In this document: positions 26,695-37,847 of the stretch, piece by piece
Layout: each line of letters opens with the position of its first letter
Position numbering within the stretch: position 1 is the stretch's first letter
Assembly: GCA_945897825.1 (NCBI GenBank)
Contig: CAMDGX010000011.1
Coordinates: forward strand, 5,715-69,714
DNA length: 64,000 nt
Direction: 5' to 3'
Origin: Asaia bogorensis
Lineage (GTDB): Bacteria; Pseudomonadota; Alphaproteobacteria; Acetobacterales; Acetobacteraceae
The notes under the pieces: generated by a model
What the model saw: only the letters and a program-made list of their open reading frames with translations
Told to the model about the DNA's origin: nothing
Databases searched by the model: none
Position numbers and translations under genes: made by a program

Positions 26695-27726
26695 ATGATG
26701 GCGAACCCACGGCCGGGGCCCGCGCGATCGGGGCCGCTGATCTGTGCCTCGGCGCTCGGCGTGCTGGCGCTGTTCCTGCTCTCCTTCCTGGTCGGCCCCT
26801 ACCCGATCCCGCCCGGCACCGTGGCCCGCGTGTTCCTCGGGCAGCTGGCCCTGGTGGAGCGCAGCTGGTCGGATGCCGTGGAGATGGTGGTGCTGGACGT
26901 GCGCGGGCCGCGCATCGCAGGCGCCCTGCTGGTCGGCGCCGCGCTGGCCTGTGCCGGGGCGACCTACCAGAACCTGTTCCGCAACCCGCTGGTCTCCCCC
27001 GGCGTGCTCGGCGTGTCGTCCGGGGCCGGGTTCGGGGCGGCGCTGGGCATCATCCTTGGCCTGCCGGGATTCGGCGTCCAGGGCCTGGCCTTCCTGCTCG
27101 GGCTGGTGGCTGTCGGGCTGACGGTGTGGCTCGGCCGTTCCTTCGACCGCCATGCGACCCTGGTGCTGGTGGTGGCGGGGCTGGTGGTCTCGGCCTTCTT
27201 CCAGGCGCTGGTCTCGCTGACCAAGATCGTCGCCGACCCGCTGAACCAGTTGCCGTCGATCACCTTCTGGCTGCTGGGCGGGCTGGCGCGCACCACGCCG
27301 GCGGCCTTGCTGACGGCCCTCGTTCCCATCGCCCTGTCCGGGCTCGTGCTGCACGCGCTGCGCTGGCAGGTGCATGCGCTGGCCGCCGGCGAGGACGAGG
27401 CCCGCGCGCTGGGTGTCGACGTCCGGCGCGTGCGGGTTCTGCTGATCCTGGCCGCGACCTTGATGACGGCGGCGGCGACCAGCCTGTGCGGCATCGTCGG
27501 CTGGGTCGGGCTGCTGATCCCGCACATCGTGCGCATGCTGGTGGGGCCGGGCTTCGCCGCGGTGCTGCCGATGTCTGCCCTGCTCGGCGGCGGCTTCCTG
27601 CTCGGCATGGACAATCTGGCGCGCATGGCCGGCAGCGTGGAGGTGCCGCTCGGCATCCTGACCTCGCTGATCGGCGCGCCGTTCTTCGCCCTGGTGCTGG
27701 CGCGCACGCGCCGGCAATGGTTCTGA
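26695..27726 (+). CDS. FecCD-family iron-siderophore/cobalamin-type ABC permease
   Basis: Multi-TM protein with RIAGALLVGAALACAGATYQNLFRNPLVSPGVLGVSSGAG, typical of FecCD/BtuC. Confidence 0.85.
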   Translation: MMANPRPGPARSGPLICASALGVLALFLLSFLVGPYPIPPGTVARVFLGQLALVERSWSDAVEMVVLDVRGPRIAGALLVGAALACAGATYQNLFRNPLVSPGVLGVSSGAGFGAALGIILGLPGFGVQGLAFLLGLVAVGLTVWLGRSFDRHATLVLVVAGLVVSAFFQALVSLTKIVADPLNQLPSITFWLLGGLARTTPAALLTALVPIALSGLVLHALRWQVHALAAGEDEARALGVDVRRVRVLLILAATLMTAAATSLCGIVGWVGLLIPHIVRMLVGPGFAAVLPMSALLGGGFLLGMDNLARMAGSVEVPLGILTSLIGAPFFALVLARTRRQWF

Positions 27727-28514
27727 TGCTGCGGGTCGACGGGCTGCGCTTCGCCTGGCCCGGCGGGCAACAGGTTCTCGACGGCGTGTCGTTCGACCTG
27801 CTGCCCGGCGTGCCGCTGGCGCTGCTGGGGCCGAACGGCACCGGCAAGACGACGCTGCTGCGCTGCCTGCTGGGCCTGGAGCGGATGCAGTCCGGCAGCG
27901 TGACGGTCGACGGTCAGGATCTCGCCGCCCTGTCGCGCGCCGCGGCCGCGCGGCTGGTCGCCTACGTGCCGCAGGCCAGCGCCACCGCCTTTGCCTTCCG
28001 CGTGGCCGACATCGTGCTGATGGGCCGCACCCCGCATCTGGGCTTCATGGCCGCCCCCGACGCCCACGACCGGCGCACCGCCGAGGCAGCGATGACCCGG
28101 CTGGGCATCGGCCACCTCGCGGAGCGCGCCTTCGACGAGCTGTCCGGCGGCGAGCGGCAGATGGTGCTGGTTGCCCGCGCCCTGGCGCAGGGGGCGCGGG
28201 TGCTGGTGCTGGACGAGCCCTGCGCCAGCCTGGATATCGCCAACCAGATGCGCATCATCGCCATGCTGCGCGCGCTGGCCGCGGAAGGCTATGCGATCCT
28301 GCTGACCACGCACCTGCCCGACCACGCCTTCCTGCTCGGCGGGCAGGTCGCGCTGCTGAAGGATGGCCGCCTGCTCGGCCCCGCGCCGCCGCGCGACCTG
28401 CTGACGGCGCCGACGCTGGAGGCGCTGTACGGCACGCCGATCGAGGTGGTCGCGGTGCCGGATGGCCGCGCGCGCGGCCAGGTGCTGTGCGTGCCGGTGA
28501 TGCCGGCGGGATGA
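27717..28514 (+). CDS. ABC transporter ATP-binding protein (FecE/BtuD-type)
   Basis: Walker A GPNGTGKTT, signature LSGGERQMVLVARAL, Walker B VLVLDEPCASLD. Confidence 0.85.
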   Translation: MVLMLRVDGLRFAWPGGQQVLDGVSFDLLPGVPLALLGPNGTGKTTLLRCLLGLERMQSGSVTVDGQDLAALSRAAAARLVAYVPQASATAFAFRVADIVLMGRTPHLGFMAAPDAHDRRTAEAAMTRLGIGHLAERAFDELSGGERQMVLVARALAQGARVLVLDEPCASLDIANQMRIIAMLRALAAEGYAILLTTHLPDHAFLLGGQVALLKDGRLLGPAPPRDLLTAPTLEALYGTPIEVVAVPDGRARGQVLCVPVMPAG

Positions 28515-29524
28515 GGCGCGCGCCGTTGCTGGCCCGCCGCGCCGCGCTGGCGCTGGCCGGCACCCTGCCCTTCGGCCCGGCGATGGCGCGGGAGCGGGTG
28601 GTGACCGACATGGCCGGGCGCCTTGTCGCGCTGCCGGCGCGGATCGGGCGGGTGGTGACGCTGGGCTCGCTGCCGGTGCTGAACAGCTTTGTTTTCGCCA
28701 TGGGCCAGGGGGCGACGCTGGCCAACGGGCTGGCCGATTTCGCCCGCCCGCACTGGAAGTTCCAGACGGTCTTCGCGCCGCGGCTGCCGCGCATGCCGAC
28801 GATGCAGTTGCCGACGCGCGAACCGAACCTGGAGGCCATCCTGCTCGCCAGGCCCGACGTGGTGCTGACCATGCACCGCGAGGGCGTGGAGCTGCTGGCC
28901 GGGCGCGGCATTCCGGTGGTGTTCCTGGCCTGGCGCCGGCCGGAGGATGTGAAGGCGTGCATGGCGGTGCTGGGCGAGGTGTTCGCCGATCCCGGCCGCG
29001 CCGCCGCCTATACCGCGTATTTCGACCGCACCATCGCGCGTGTCGTCGACGCCGTGCGCGGGGCGGCGCCGCCGCGCGTGCTGTATCTCCAGCCGGACAC
29101 GCTGACCCAGCCGCGGCTGATCGCCGAATGGTGGATCCCGATGGCCGGCGGGCGCAGCGTGACCGACGATGGCCGCAGCGCCGAAAGCCGCAGCCTGTCG
29201 CTGGAGCAGGTGGTGCTGTGGGACCCCGACATCCTGATCGTGACCGACGCGCAGGCCACCGCCTTCGTCCACCGCCACGCCGTGCTGTCGCGGCTGTCCG
29301 CGGTGAAGTCCGGGCGCATGCTGGTGGTGCCGGTCGGCGCGCACACATGGTCGAACCGCACCGCCGAGCAGCCGCTGACGGTGCTGTGGGCGGCGAGCAT
29401 GTTCCATCCGGCGCGCATGCGCGGCATCGACCTCGCGGCCGAGACGCGCGGCTTCTATCGCGACATCTTCGGCCACACGCTGACCGACGCGCAGGTGGCG
29501 GAGATCCTCAGCGCGACGGTGTAG
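28511..29524 (+). CDS. periplasmic binding protein (FecB/BtuF-type ABC substrate-binding protein)
   Basis: Signal peptide MRRAPLLARRAALALAGTLPFGPAMA. EAILLARPDVVL motif. ATGA overlap with the ATPase stop. Confidence 0.8.
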   Translation: MRRAPLLARRAALALAGTLPFGPAMARERVVTDMAGRLVALPARIGRVVTLGSLPVLNSFVFAMGQGATLANGLADFARPHWKFQTVFAPRLPRMPTMQLPTREPNLEAILLARPDVVLTMHREGVELLAGRGIPVVFLAWRRPEDVKACMAVLGEVFADPGRAAAYTAYFDRTIARVVDAVRGAAPPRVLYLQPDTLTQPRLIAEWWIPMAGGRSVTDDGRSAESRSLSLEQVVLWDPDILIVTDAQATAFVHRHAVLSRLSAVKSGRMLVVPVGAHTWSNRTAEQPLTVLWAASMFHPARMRGIDLAAETRGFYRDIFGHTLTDAQVAEILSATV

Positions 29525-30890
29525 CCCGGCGGACGTGGCCGCTGACCGCCGCCCCGTCGTCGCTGCGCAGCGTGCGGATGCCGGGCAGGCCGAGCAGCGG
29601 GATGAGGGCCGCGAGCAGGAAGACGGTGCGGAAATCCTCCGCCGGCAGAACGCTTTCCGAGCCCGCGACGCCGGCCAGCAGGCTGGCGGCCACCGAGACG
29701 CCGATGCCCATCGTCAGCTGCTGGATGCCGCCGCCCAGGCTGGTCGCCCGGGACAGGCCCTCGGACGGCATGTCGGCATAGGTGAGGGTTTGCAGCGTGT
29801 TGAACTGGATGTTGCGGATCATGCCGAACACCAGCACCCAGAGGGCGATCAGCCAGTGCGAGGTGGTCTGGTCCAGCAGCGCGAAGCCCGCCACGGCCGC
29901 CGCACTGGCCAGCGTGTTCCACAGCAGCAGCCGGTCGAACCCCAGCGCGCGCAGCATCCGCACCGCGATGCTGCGCGCGAGGATGGTGCCGAGCGACATC
30001 ACGAAGGTCAGCGAGCCGGACACCACCGGCGACAGGCCGAAGCCGAGTTGCAGCATCAGCGGCAGCAGGAACGGCACCGCGTTCATGCCGATGCGGGTCA
30101 GCCCGCCCCACAGCAGCGCGACCCGGAAGCTGCGCACGCGCATCTGGCGGAAATCCAGCGCCGCGTTCGGCCGTGCGAGGCTCCAGCGCACATAGGCGGC
30201 GATCAGCGCGCCGGCCGCCGCCAGCAATGTGATGTCGACCCACAGCGGCAGCACGCCGCGCCCCAGCCCGAACAGCCCGGCCTGCAACGCCAGCATCGCG
30301 ACGCCGACCATCAGGAAGCCCGGCAGGTCGAAGCGCTGCGGCGGGGCGGTGTCGGCCTCCTTCACGTGGCGCCAGGCGAGCACCATGCCGAGCAGGCAGA
30401 ACGGCACGTTGACGAAGAAGATCCAGCGCCAGGAGGCGTGGCCGGCGATCAGCCCGCCGATCAGCGGCCCCATGGTCGGGCCGATCACCGAGGGGATGTT
30501 CATGTAGCTGATCGCGGTGGCGAACTCGCTGCGCGGGAAGCTGCGCAGCAGGATCAGCCGCCCGACCGGGGCCATCAGCGCGCCGCCGAAGCCCTGCACC
30601 GCGCGGGCGGCGACCAGCATGGTGAAGTCCTGCGCCAGCCCGCTGGCCATCGAGCCGAGGCCGAAGATGCCGACCGCCGCGGTGAAGGTCAGTCGCATGC
30701 CGAAGCGGTCCGCCACCCAGCCGGACACCGGGATGAACACGGCGGCCGAGAGCAGGTAGGCGGTCAGCGCCAGGTTCAGGCGCAGCGGCGTCTCGCCCAG
30801 GCCCGCGGCCATGGCGGGGATGGCGGTGGCGATGATGGTGGAGTCCAGCCCCTCCAGGAAGAAGGCGAACGCCACCACCAGCGGCACCAT
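29508..30890 (-). CDS. MFS transporter (DHA2/EmrB-like, 14-TM type)
   Basis: Long multi-TM translation with the [13 protein letters not shown] motif. The true start may be a non-ATG codon upstream of 30890. Confidence 0.8.
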   Translation of the reverse strand: MVPLVVAFAFFLEGLDSTIIATAIPAMAAGLGETPLRLNLALTAYLLSAAVFIPVSGWVADRFGMRLTFTAAVGIFGLGSMASGLAQDFTMLVAARAVQGFGGALMAPVGRLILLRSFPRSEFATAISYMNIPSVIGPTMGPLIGGLIAGHASWRWIFFVNVPFCLLGMVLAWRHVKEADTAPPQRFDLPGFLMVGVAMLALQAGLFGLGRGVLPLWVDITLLAAAGALIAAYVRWSLARPNAALDFRQMRVRSFRVALLWGGLTRIGMNAVPFLLPLMLQLGFGLSPVVSGSLTFVMSLGTILARSIAVRMLRALGFDRLLLWNTLASAAAVAGFALLDQTTSHWLIALWVLVFGMIRNIQFNTLQTLTYADMPSEGLSRATSLGGGIQQLTMGIGVSVAASLLAGVAGSESVLPAEDFRTVFLLAALIPLLGLPGIRTLRSDDGAAVSGHVRRATPSR

Positions 30891-30961
30891 CAGCCGATGG
30901 CGCGGCAGGCGTCCCGCCGTTTGGGATCCAGGCGGCGTGTCCGCAGGGGGCGGGGCGGCGG

Positions 30962-32266
30962 TCAGCCGAGCAGGTGCCGGCGCGAGGCGACGAACTCCTC
31001 CGTGGCGGCGACCAGCGTGTCGTGGTCGGCCTCGGTCAGCGGCACCGAGAGGGCCATGAAGCCGCGCCTCGCCAGCCAGATCTTCGCGCGCACCATGTCG
31101 AAGAAGAACAGGTCGGTGCCCTTCCGGTTGCCGCGCGCCACGTCGTCCGGGGTGCGCAGCGTGCCGCGCGACGCGTGCACCGAGAGCATCGAGCCGATGC
31201 CGGTGAATTGCAGCGCCGCGTCGTGCTTCCCGGAGATCGCATTCAGCCGCGCGCGCAGCGCCTCGCCGCTGGCGTTCAGGCGTTCGGCCTCGGCCGGCGG
31301 ATACACCTCGGTCAGCGCCGCGATGCCGGCGGCCATGGTCAGCACGTTGTTGTTGAACGTGCCGGCATGCGGCAGCGCATCCGGCCCGCGCGGGTCGTAG
31401 AGCGACATGATCTCCTCGCTGGCGCCGAAGGCCCCGAAGCTCATGCCGCCGCCGATATACTTGCCCAGCGAGGTGATGTCGGGGATCACGCCGGTCTTGG
31501 CCTGCATGCCGCCGGGCGACAGGCGCGAGGTCATCACCTCGTCGAAGATCAGCAGGATGCCGTGCCGGCTGGTCGCCTCGCGCAGCGCCTGGAGGAAGGG
31601 CAGGTCCGCCGGGATGCAGCCGCCGCCGCCCAGCATCGGCTCCAGGATGACGCAGGCGAGGTCGTTCGCGTTCGCCTCCAGCTCCTTCATCGTCGCGTCG
31701 ATGTCGTTGTAGCTGCCGTAGACGTAGTCGAACGGCGCATTGATGTTGCGGCCGGGCGAGAAGGTGAACACGGCGCCGTGGTAGCCGGTCCTGAACACCA
31801 TCACCTTCCTGCGGCCGGTCTTGGCGACGGCCGTGCTGATCGCCATCAGGTTCGCCTCGGTGCCGGAATTGGTGAAGCGCACCATCTGCATCGAGGGAAA
31901 CCGCGCGGTCACCAGTTCGGCGAAGCGCGGCTCGTAGGTGTTGTGCCCGCCCATGTTGATGCCGCCGTCGAGCGCCGCGTCGATCGCCTTGCGGATCGCC
32001 GGATGGGAGTGGCCGGCCAGGCCCGCGGAGTATTCGCCGAGGAAGTCGACATACTGGTGGCCGTCGATATCGGTCAGCCGCGCGCCCTGGCCGCCGGCGA
32101 ACACCACCGGGAACGGGTCGGTGAACAGCACGGTGCGCGTGTTGCCGCCGGGCATCACGCCGGCGGCCTTCAGGTGGGTGGCGCGGCTGTTCGGGTGCGC
32201 CGCGGTGTAGGCATGTCGCGCTTCGTCCAGCGCCGCATCCAGCGTGATGTTGCGCGCGACGTTCAT
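30962..32266 (-). CDS. class III aminotransferase (glutamate-1-semialdehyde aminomutase-like)
   Basis: [19 protein letters not shown], and the PLP-lysine context [11 protein letters not shown]. This is the 434-aa C-terminal part of a 1046-aa ORF. Confidence 0.85.
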   Translation of the reverse strand: MNVARNITLDAALDEARHAYTAAHPNSRATHLKAAGVMPGGNTRTVLFTDPFPVVFAGGQGARLTDIDGHQYVDFLGEYSAGLAGHSHPAIRKAIDAALDGGINMGGHNTYEPRFAELVTARFPSMQMVRFTNSGTEANLMAISTAVAKTGRRKVMVFRTGYHGAVFTFSPGRNINAPFDYVYGSYNDIDATMKELEANANDLACVILEPMLGGGGCIPADLPFLQALREATSRHGILLIFDEVMTSRLSPGGMQAKTGVIPDITSLGKYIGGGMSFGAFGASEEIMSLYDPRGPDALPHAGTFNNNVLTMAAGIAALTEVYPPAEAERLNASGEALRARLNAISGKHDAALQFTGIGSMLSVHASRGTLRTPDDVARGNRKGTDLFFFDMVRAKIWLARRGFMALSVPLTEADHDTLVAATEEFVASRRHLLG

Positions 32267-32365
32267 GGCAGGGCTCCCCGGTGTTGCGAGCGGAGCGCAG
32301 CGCGAAACGCGACAGTCGTCAACCTCCGTGCCACACTCCGCGCCATCGATCCGGAGGAGACGAGG

Positions 32366-33115
32366 ATGAGCAAGATCGCATTGGTGACCGGGGCCGGCAG
32401 CGGCGTCGGCCGTTCGGCCACGCTGGCGCTGCTGGAAGCGGGCTACGACGTGGTGCTGGCCGGGCGGCGCGAGGATGCGCTGAAGGAGACGGCGGGGCTG
32501 GCCGGAACGCAGGGCGCGCGCACCCTGTGCGTGCCGACCGACGTGACGCAGCCGGAGCAGGTGGACGCGCTGTTCGATGCGATCAAGGCGAAGTACGGCC
32601 GGCTGGACGTCGTGTTCAACAACGCCGGCGGCAACGTGCCGAGCACCAATTTCGGCGACTTCACCTGGGAGCAGTGGACGCAGGTGGTTGCCGTGAACCT
32701 CAACGGGTGCTTCCTGATCGCCAACCGTGCCTTCCGCATGATGCGCGACCAGTCGCCGCAGGGCGGGCGGATCATCAACAACGGCTCGATCAGCGCGCAC
32801 ACGCCGCGCCCGGGCTCGGCCGCCTACACCTCCACCAAGCACGCCATCACCGGGCTGACCAAGGCGATCGCGCTCGACGGGCGCAATTTCGACATCGCCT
32901 GCGGCCAGATCGACATCGGCAACGCGGCGACGCCGATGACCGCGCGCATGGCCCGCGGCGTGCCGCAGCCGGACGGCTCGACGCGGGTGGAGCCGACCAT
33001 GGGTGCGGACAATGTCGGCAAGACCATCGTCTACATGGCCACCCTGGACGCGGACGCGAACGCGCTGTTCGTGGTGGTGAAGGCGACCAAGATGCCGTTC
33101 GAGGGGCGCGGCTAG
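32366..33115 (+). CDS. SDR family oxidoreductase
   Basis: [10 protein letters not shown] cofactor motif, NNAG, YTSTKHA catalytic motif. Confidence 0.85.
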   Translation: MSKIALVTGAGSGVGRSATLALLEAGYDVVLAGRREDALKETAGLAGTQGARTLCVPTDVTQPEQVDALFDAIKAKYGRLDVVFNNAGGNVPSTNFGDFTWEQWTQVVAVNLNGCFLIANRAFRMMRDQSPQGGRIINNGSISAHTPRPGSAAYTSTKHAITGLTKAIALDGRNFDIACGQIDIGNAATPMTARMARGVPQPDGSTRVEPTMGADNVGKTIVYMATLDADANALFVVVKATKMPFEGRG

Positions 33116-35409
33116 AACCGCACCACGACCGTCTCGCCCTCGGGCACCAAGACGGGGGCGCCGCACACTTCGAGTTGGACGGCGGCGCCCTCCTCCACGC
33201 GCAGCGTCGCGGTGCGGCCGACCGCATCGAGCCGGACGCGCAGGCGGCTGCCCTGCCAGTGCAGGCAGAAATCCATCGCCCCCCATTCCGGCGGCAGGCG
33301 CGGGGCAAGGCGGAGCGTGCCGTCCTGCCAGCTGACGCCGGCGAAGCCGAGCACGGCGGCCTGCCAGACGCCGCCCTGGGCCGCGATGTGCACGCCGCCG
33401 GCGCTCGCTCCCACGGGACCGTCGAGATCCAGCGCGTGGGCCTGGCGGAAGAAGCGCTGCGCCATCGCCGTCTCGCCCAGTCGGGCGGCGACCACGGCGT
33501 GCAGCGCGGCGCTCAGCGAGCTTTCGTGGGTGCACTGCGCCTCGTAGTAGGCGAAGCTGCGGCGCACCGTCTCGCGGTCGAACAGGTCGGGCAGCAGGGC
33601 GAGCAACGCCACCACGTCGGCCTGCTTGGACACCTGGGTGCGCTGCACCCGCCCCCGCACCAGGGCTGCCGCCTCGCCGCCGCGCGTGCCGCGCAGGTCG
33701 ACGCGCGGCAGGGCGAAGAAGCCGCGGAACTGCTCCACGAGGAAGGTGGCCGGATCGCGGCCGATCACCAGCGCATCGGCGACCGCATGCCATGTGTCCG
33801 GCTCGGCATCGTCGAAGGCGAGGCGCGAGCGCAAACGGTCCCACGCCGCCGGCTGGCGCGCGCGCGTCGCCGCCACGGCCTGGGCCGCGCAGCGCAGGTT
33901 GCGGGCGACCATGGCGTTGGTGAAGGCGTTGTCGTCCACGCGCTCGTGGTATTCGTCCGGCCCGATCACGCCGTTGATGTGCCGCCGCCCGTCCTCGCCC
34001 GGCTCGGCGCGGCTGGCCCAGAAGCGCGCGGTCTCGATCAGGATCTCGGCGCCCGCCCCGGCCAGGAAGCCGATATCGCCGGTGGCGAGCCAATGGCTCC
34101 ATACGGCGTGGGCGACGTCGGCGGTGATGTGCTGCTCCCGGCTGCCGGTGTGGACGGGCACCGGCACGCCGTCGGCGCCGAGGACCGATTCCGGCGTCGC
34201 CTCCGACCCGGTATCGGCGGATTCCCAGGCATACATCGCCCCGCGCCAGCCATGCGCGGCGGCACGCGCCCGGGCCGCCGGCAGGGTGCGATGGCGGTAC
34301 ATCAGCAGGGCGTGGGCCGCCTCCGGCCAGGTCAGCGTGTAGAACGGCAGCAGGTAGATCTCGGTGTCCCAGAAGACATGGCCGAGATAGGCATCGCCGG
34401 TCATCGCCCGCGCGCCGATCGATACGCGCGGGTCGTCCGGGTTGGCGGCGCTGACCAGGTGGTAGGTGGCGAAGCGCAGCGCCCTGGCCGCCTCGGCATC
34501 GCCCGCCACCGCAACACCCGATGCGTGCCAGCGTCGCGCCCAGGCGGCGGCGTGATGGTCGAGCACGCCACGCCAGCCCAGCGCCGTGCCGCGCGCTGCG
34601 GCGTCCGTCGCGGCGGGCGCCGGGTCGGTGCCGTCCGCACCGCGCGCCACGGCCACCAGGCGATGGAACTCCACCACCTCCCCCGCGCGCGTCGACCAGC
34701 GCCAGGCGAGGCCCAGCGGCGTGCGGCTTTGCGGCGCCAGCGCGACGCCGCCGCGCGCCAGCCCCGCGCTTGTGGCGAGCGCCAGGGAGTGCGGCGCGTG
34801 CTCAGCCTGCCACACCGCCAGCCCCGGCTCCAGCCGGGCCAGCTCCAGCCCCACGCCGGCGGGGTCGGGCAGCGCGTCCAGCGCCACCTCGATGCCGTCG
34901 CGGTCCAGGATGATCTGCACCGCCTGCAGCGCCAACGCCGGGTCGTGCCGGGCGGCGAGACGGAGAGCGCGCAGGTGGACCACGCAGCCGCCCGGCATGG
35001 CGTGGCGCCACTCCGAGACCATCAGGCCGCGGCGCAGGTCCAGCGTGCGGGTGAAGTCCGCCCCCGGGCGCAGCCGCAACGCGGTTCCGCCGACGCGCAG
35101 GCGCAGGCGCAGCCAATCCGGCGCCGGCATCGCCACCGGCACCGGCGGCTCGATGTCCGGCATGTCGAACAGCCCGGCGACGTAGCAGCGAGGCCAGGAG
35201 ACGGGGCGGAAGGTGGTGATCCAGGAGTTCCAGGCCGCGGCCCGGCCGAGGTCGCGCGCGCCGCGCATCGCCAGGAGCCCGTTGGCCACGGTGAAGCGCG
35301 ACTCGATGTCGGGCTCGCGCGCCAGGGCCAGGCCCGCCTCGTGCAGGCGCCACTCCGGCGGCGACAGCGCCCAGGCCGCGTCCGCCGGCCAGACACCCGC
35401 GTCATTCAT
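33112..35409 (-). CDS. glycoside hydrolase family 65 (kojibiose/trehalose/maltose phosphorylase-like)
   Basis: [14 protein letters not shown] and [19 protein letters not shown] motifs. Start at MNDAGVW (cat 35407-35409). Confidence 0.85.
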   Translation of the reverse strand: MNDAGVWPADAAWALSPPEWRLHEAGLALAREPDIESRFTVANGLLAMRGARDLGRAAAWNSWITTFRPVSWPRCYVAGLFDMPDIEPPVPVAMPAPDWLRLRLRVGGTALRLRPGADFTRTLDLRRGLMVSEWRHAMPGGCVVHLRALRLAARHDPALALQAVQIILDRDGIEVALDALPDPAGVGLELARLEPGLAVWQAEHAPHSLALATSAGLARGGVALAPQSRTPLGLAWRWSTRAGEVVEFHRLVAVARGADGTDPAPAATDAAARGTALGWRGVLDHHAAAWARRWHASGVAVAGDAEAARALRFATYHLVSAANPDDPRVSIGARAMTGDAYLGHVFWDTEIYLLPFYTLTWPEAAHALLMYRHRTLPAARARAAAHGWRGAMYAWESADTGSEATPESVLGADGVPVPVHTGSREQHITADVAHAVWSHWLATGDIGFLAGAGAEILIETARFWASRAEPGEDGRRHINGVIGPDEYHERVDDNAFTNAMVARNLRCAAQAVAATRARQPAAWDRLRSRLAFDDAEPDTWHAVADALVIGRDPATFLVEQFRGFFALPRVDLRGTRGGEAAALVRGRVQRTQVSKQADVVALLALLPDLFDRETVRRSFAYYEAQCTHESSLSAALHAVVAARLGETAMAQRFFRQAHALDLDGPVGASAGGVHIAAQGGVWQAAVLGFAGVSWQDGTLRLAPRLPPEWGAMDFCLHWQGSRLRVRLDAVGRTATLRVEEGAAVQLEVCGAPVLVPEGETVVVRF

Positions 35410-36082
35410 CCCGTCGATCCCTTTCCAAGCCGATCCTGGCCCAGGCCGCCGCGTCGTCGAGGCTCTCGACCACGTCGTCCGCCCCGGCCGCGCGCAGTGC
35501 CGCCGCCTCGCCGTGGCGGGCAATGCCGATTGCCGCCATGCCGCCCGCCTTCGCGGCTGCGACGCCGGAGGGCGCATCCTCAAGCACAAGGCAAGCGACC
35601 GGGGCGATATCCAGTTCCGACGCTGCCAGCAGGAACAGGTCGGGCGCCGGCTTGCCGTGGGCCACGTCGCGCCCGCACAGGTCGGCGTCGAACAGTTCCG
35701 TCAGGCCGGCGCGCGCCAGGATCGCGCTGGCATTCTTCGACGAGGAGGCGGCGGCGAGCTTGAGCCCGTGGGCACGGGCGCGGGCCAGGAAGCGCACCGC
35801 ATCGGCGAACACGGTGAAATCGCCGCTCGCCACCAGGGCGAGGAACCGCGCCTGCTTCTCCGCCGCATAGGCGCGCACATCGGCCTCGTCCGCCACGCCA
35901 TGGCGGGCCAGCGCGGCGCGGGCGCCGTCCATGCGCGGCTTGCCGGCCACCAGGTCGCGGTAGTCGGCCGGCGACAGCACCGCCCCCGGCACGCGCGCGG
36001 CCAGGGCCTCGCGCCAGGCGCGCTCATGCGGCGTGTCGATCACCACGCCGTCGATGTCCACGATGAGCGCCCGGGGCGGCAT
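35402..36082 (-). CDS. HAD-family hydrolase, beta-phosphoglucomutase-like
   Basis: DIDGVVIDT (DxDG) and LEDAPSGVAAAKAGGM motifs. 8-nt overlap with the GH65 gene. Confidence 0.8.
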   Translation of the reverse strand: MPPRALIVDIDGVVIDTPHERAWREALAARVPGAVLSPADYRDLVAGKPRMDGARAALARHGVADEADVRAYAAEKQARFLALVASGDFTVFADAVRFLARARAHGLKLAAASSSKNASAILARAGLTELFDADLCGRDVAHGKPAPDLFLLAASELDIAPVACLVLEDAPSGVAAAKAGGMAAIGIARHGEAAALRAAGADDVVESLDDAAAWARIGLERDRRDE

Positions 36083-36102
36083 CGCGTCGGCGTGGCCGCC
36101 GG

Positions 36103-37836
36103 TCAGGTGAAGGCGCCGTCATAGAAGGTCAGCGGCGGGCGCGCCGCGGGGTCGGACAACACGTCGATCACCGTCGGCCGGTCGGCGGCCAGGGCGGCGG
36201 TGAGCGCGGGCAGGAAATCGGCCGCGCGCTCGATGCGCACGCCGTGGCAGCCGCAGGCGCGCGCGATGGCGGCGTGGTCCACCGGGGCGAAATCCACCGC
36301 GTCGGTGTGCGCGCCGAAGATCACGTCCTCGGCGTCCTTCTGGTAGCCGAGCACCTGGTTGTTCAGCACGATCACCGGGATGTTGGTGCCCATGCGCCGC
36401 GCCGTTTCCAGCTCCGCCCAGCAATGCGCGAAGCCGCCATCGCCGGCCAGGCAGATGACGGGGGCGTCGGGCTTGCCGATCTTGGCGCCGATCGCCATCG
36501 GCAGGCCCCAGCCGAGACCGGCGATGCCGCGCGGGGTGAGGAAGCGCTGGCCGGCGCGCGTGGCGGTGAGGTAGTTGCAGACCCAGATCGAGGAATAGCT
36601 GGCGTCGGCCACCACGATGCTGTCGGGCGTCAGCACGCGGGCGAGGTCGGCCATCAGGCGCTCGGGGCGAACGGGCGCGGCGTCGGAGAGGGTGACGTCG
36701 GCGGCGGCGTCGCGGTGCTTGGCGAGTGCGCCGGCAATCTCCGCCTCCAGCGCCGGGCGGGCCGCCGCGCGGCGGGCGAGGTCGCGGGATTTCAGGGCGG
36801 CGGCGAGGGCTTCGAGGCCCAGCTTCGCATCGCCCACCAGGCGGATGGATTCGTAGTTGCGGCCGACTTCCTGGCCGTCGATGTCGAGATGGATGAAGGT
36901 CTTGCCGGCGGGGAACAGCTTCCAGGAATCGGTGCCGTTCTGGTTGGTGCGGTTGCCGACGAGCAGAACGACATCGGCCCGGTCGAGCATCGGGCGCATG
37001 GCATGGGTGCGGCTGCGCGCGCCCATGAAGTAGCCGATGACGCCGAGGGTGAGGGGATGCGTCTCGGCGACGGCGCCCTTGCCCATCGCCGTGGTGCCGA
37101 CGGGCAGGTGCGCCGCCTGTTGCAGCGCCGCCAGCGCCGCCCAGGCCTGGGAGGAATGCACGCCGCCGCCGGCCCAGATCAGCGGATGTTGCGCGTTGGC
37201 GAGAAGATCGGCGGCGAAGGCGATGCGCTCCGGGTCGGGTGCCACGCGGTCGAGCGGCCAGGTGCCGAGCGCGGTGGTGCGCGCGGTGGTCGCGTCGGCG
37301 GCCTCGCCGAACATGTCGGCGCTGACCAGCAGCACGGCGGGGCCGGGGCGGCCGGTGGCGGCGGCGGTGAAGGCCATGTCCACATAGGCGTCCACCCGGT
37401 CCGCGCGGTCGATGCGGCGCACCCATTTCGCCACGCCCGAGAACAGCGCGAAGTGGTCCAGCTCCTGGAAGGCATTGCGGTCGGCGGTGCCGCGCGCCAC
37501 GTCCTGCACCAGGGCGACGACGGGGATCGAGGCCTTCAGCGATTCGGCCAGCGGGGCGACCAGCAGCGTCGCGGCCGGGCCGTTCTGGGCGGTGACGACG
37601 CCGACCTTGCCGGTGGCGCGCGCATACCCGTCGGCCATGACGCCGCCGGCGTTCTCGGCGCGGTAGGCCACCTGGCGGATGCCGAATTGCGGCGTTGCGA
37701 GATAGACGGAGGTCGGGATCGACTGGCCGAACATCACCTCCACGCCGTGGCGGCGGAAGGCCGCGGCGAGGGCGACGGCGACGGTGGCGTTGCCGCGGCC
37801 AGGGACCGTGGATGCCGCGGCGGGTTCGATGGCCAT
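36103..37836 (-). CDS. thiamine pyrophosphate-binding enzyme (acetolactate synthase large-subunit family)
   Basis: TPP motif GDGGFAHCWAELETARRMGTNIPVIVLNNQVLGY. ~577 aa with a three-domain layout. Confidence 0.85.
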   Translation of the reverse strand: MAIEPAAASTVPGRGNATVAVALAAAFRRHGVEVMFGQSIPTSVYLATPQFGIRQVAYRAENAGGVMADGYARATGKVGVVTAQNGPAATLLVAPLAESLKASIPVVALVQDVARGTADRNAFQELDHFALFSGVAKWVRRIDRADRVDAYVDMAFTAAATGRPGPAVLLVSADMFGEAADATTARTTALGTWPLDRVAPDPERIAFAADLLANAQHPLIWAGGGVHSSQAWAALAALQQAAHLPVGTTAMGKGAVAETHPLTLGVIGYFMGARSRTHAMRPMLDRADVVLLVGNRTNQNGTDSWKLFPAGKTFIHLDIDGQEVGRNYESIRLVGDAKLGLEALAAALKSRDLARRAAARPALEAEIAGALAKHRDAAADVTLSDAAPVRPERLMADLARVLTPDSIVVADASYSSIWVCNYLTATRAGQRFLTPRGIAGLGWGLPMAIGAKIGKPDAPVICLAGDGGFAHCWAELETARRMGTNIPVIVLNNQVLGYQKDAEDVIFGAHTDAVDFAPVDHAAIARACGCHGVRIERAADFLPALTAALAADRPTVIDVLSDPAARPPLTFYDGAFT

Positions 37837-37847
37837 GCTGTTCCTCC

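Noticed and set aside
24036-26696. 886-aa minus-strand ORF that would fuse the phytanoyl-CoA dioxygenase to a long N-terminal region.
   Set aside because: Only the last 273 aa, starting at MAGSLSAEQV, carry dioxygenase motifs. The upstream part is antisense to a convincing family-5 SBP gene and is low-complexity.
26964-29476. 794-aa and 395-aa minus-strand ORFs across the FecCD-type transporter operon.
   Set aside because: Arg/Pro/Ala-rich shadow frames. The plus strand carries Walker motifs, permease and SBP signatures.
32281-35763. 1160-aa plus-strand ORF opposite the GH65 gene.
   Set aside because: Arg/Gly/Pro-rich with no motifs. The minus strand carries GH65 catalytic motifs.
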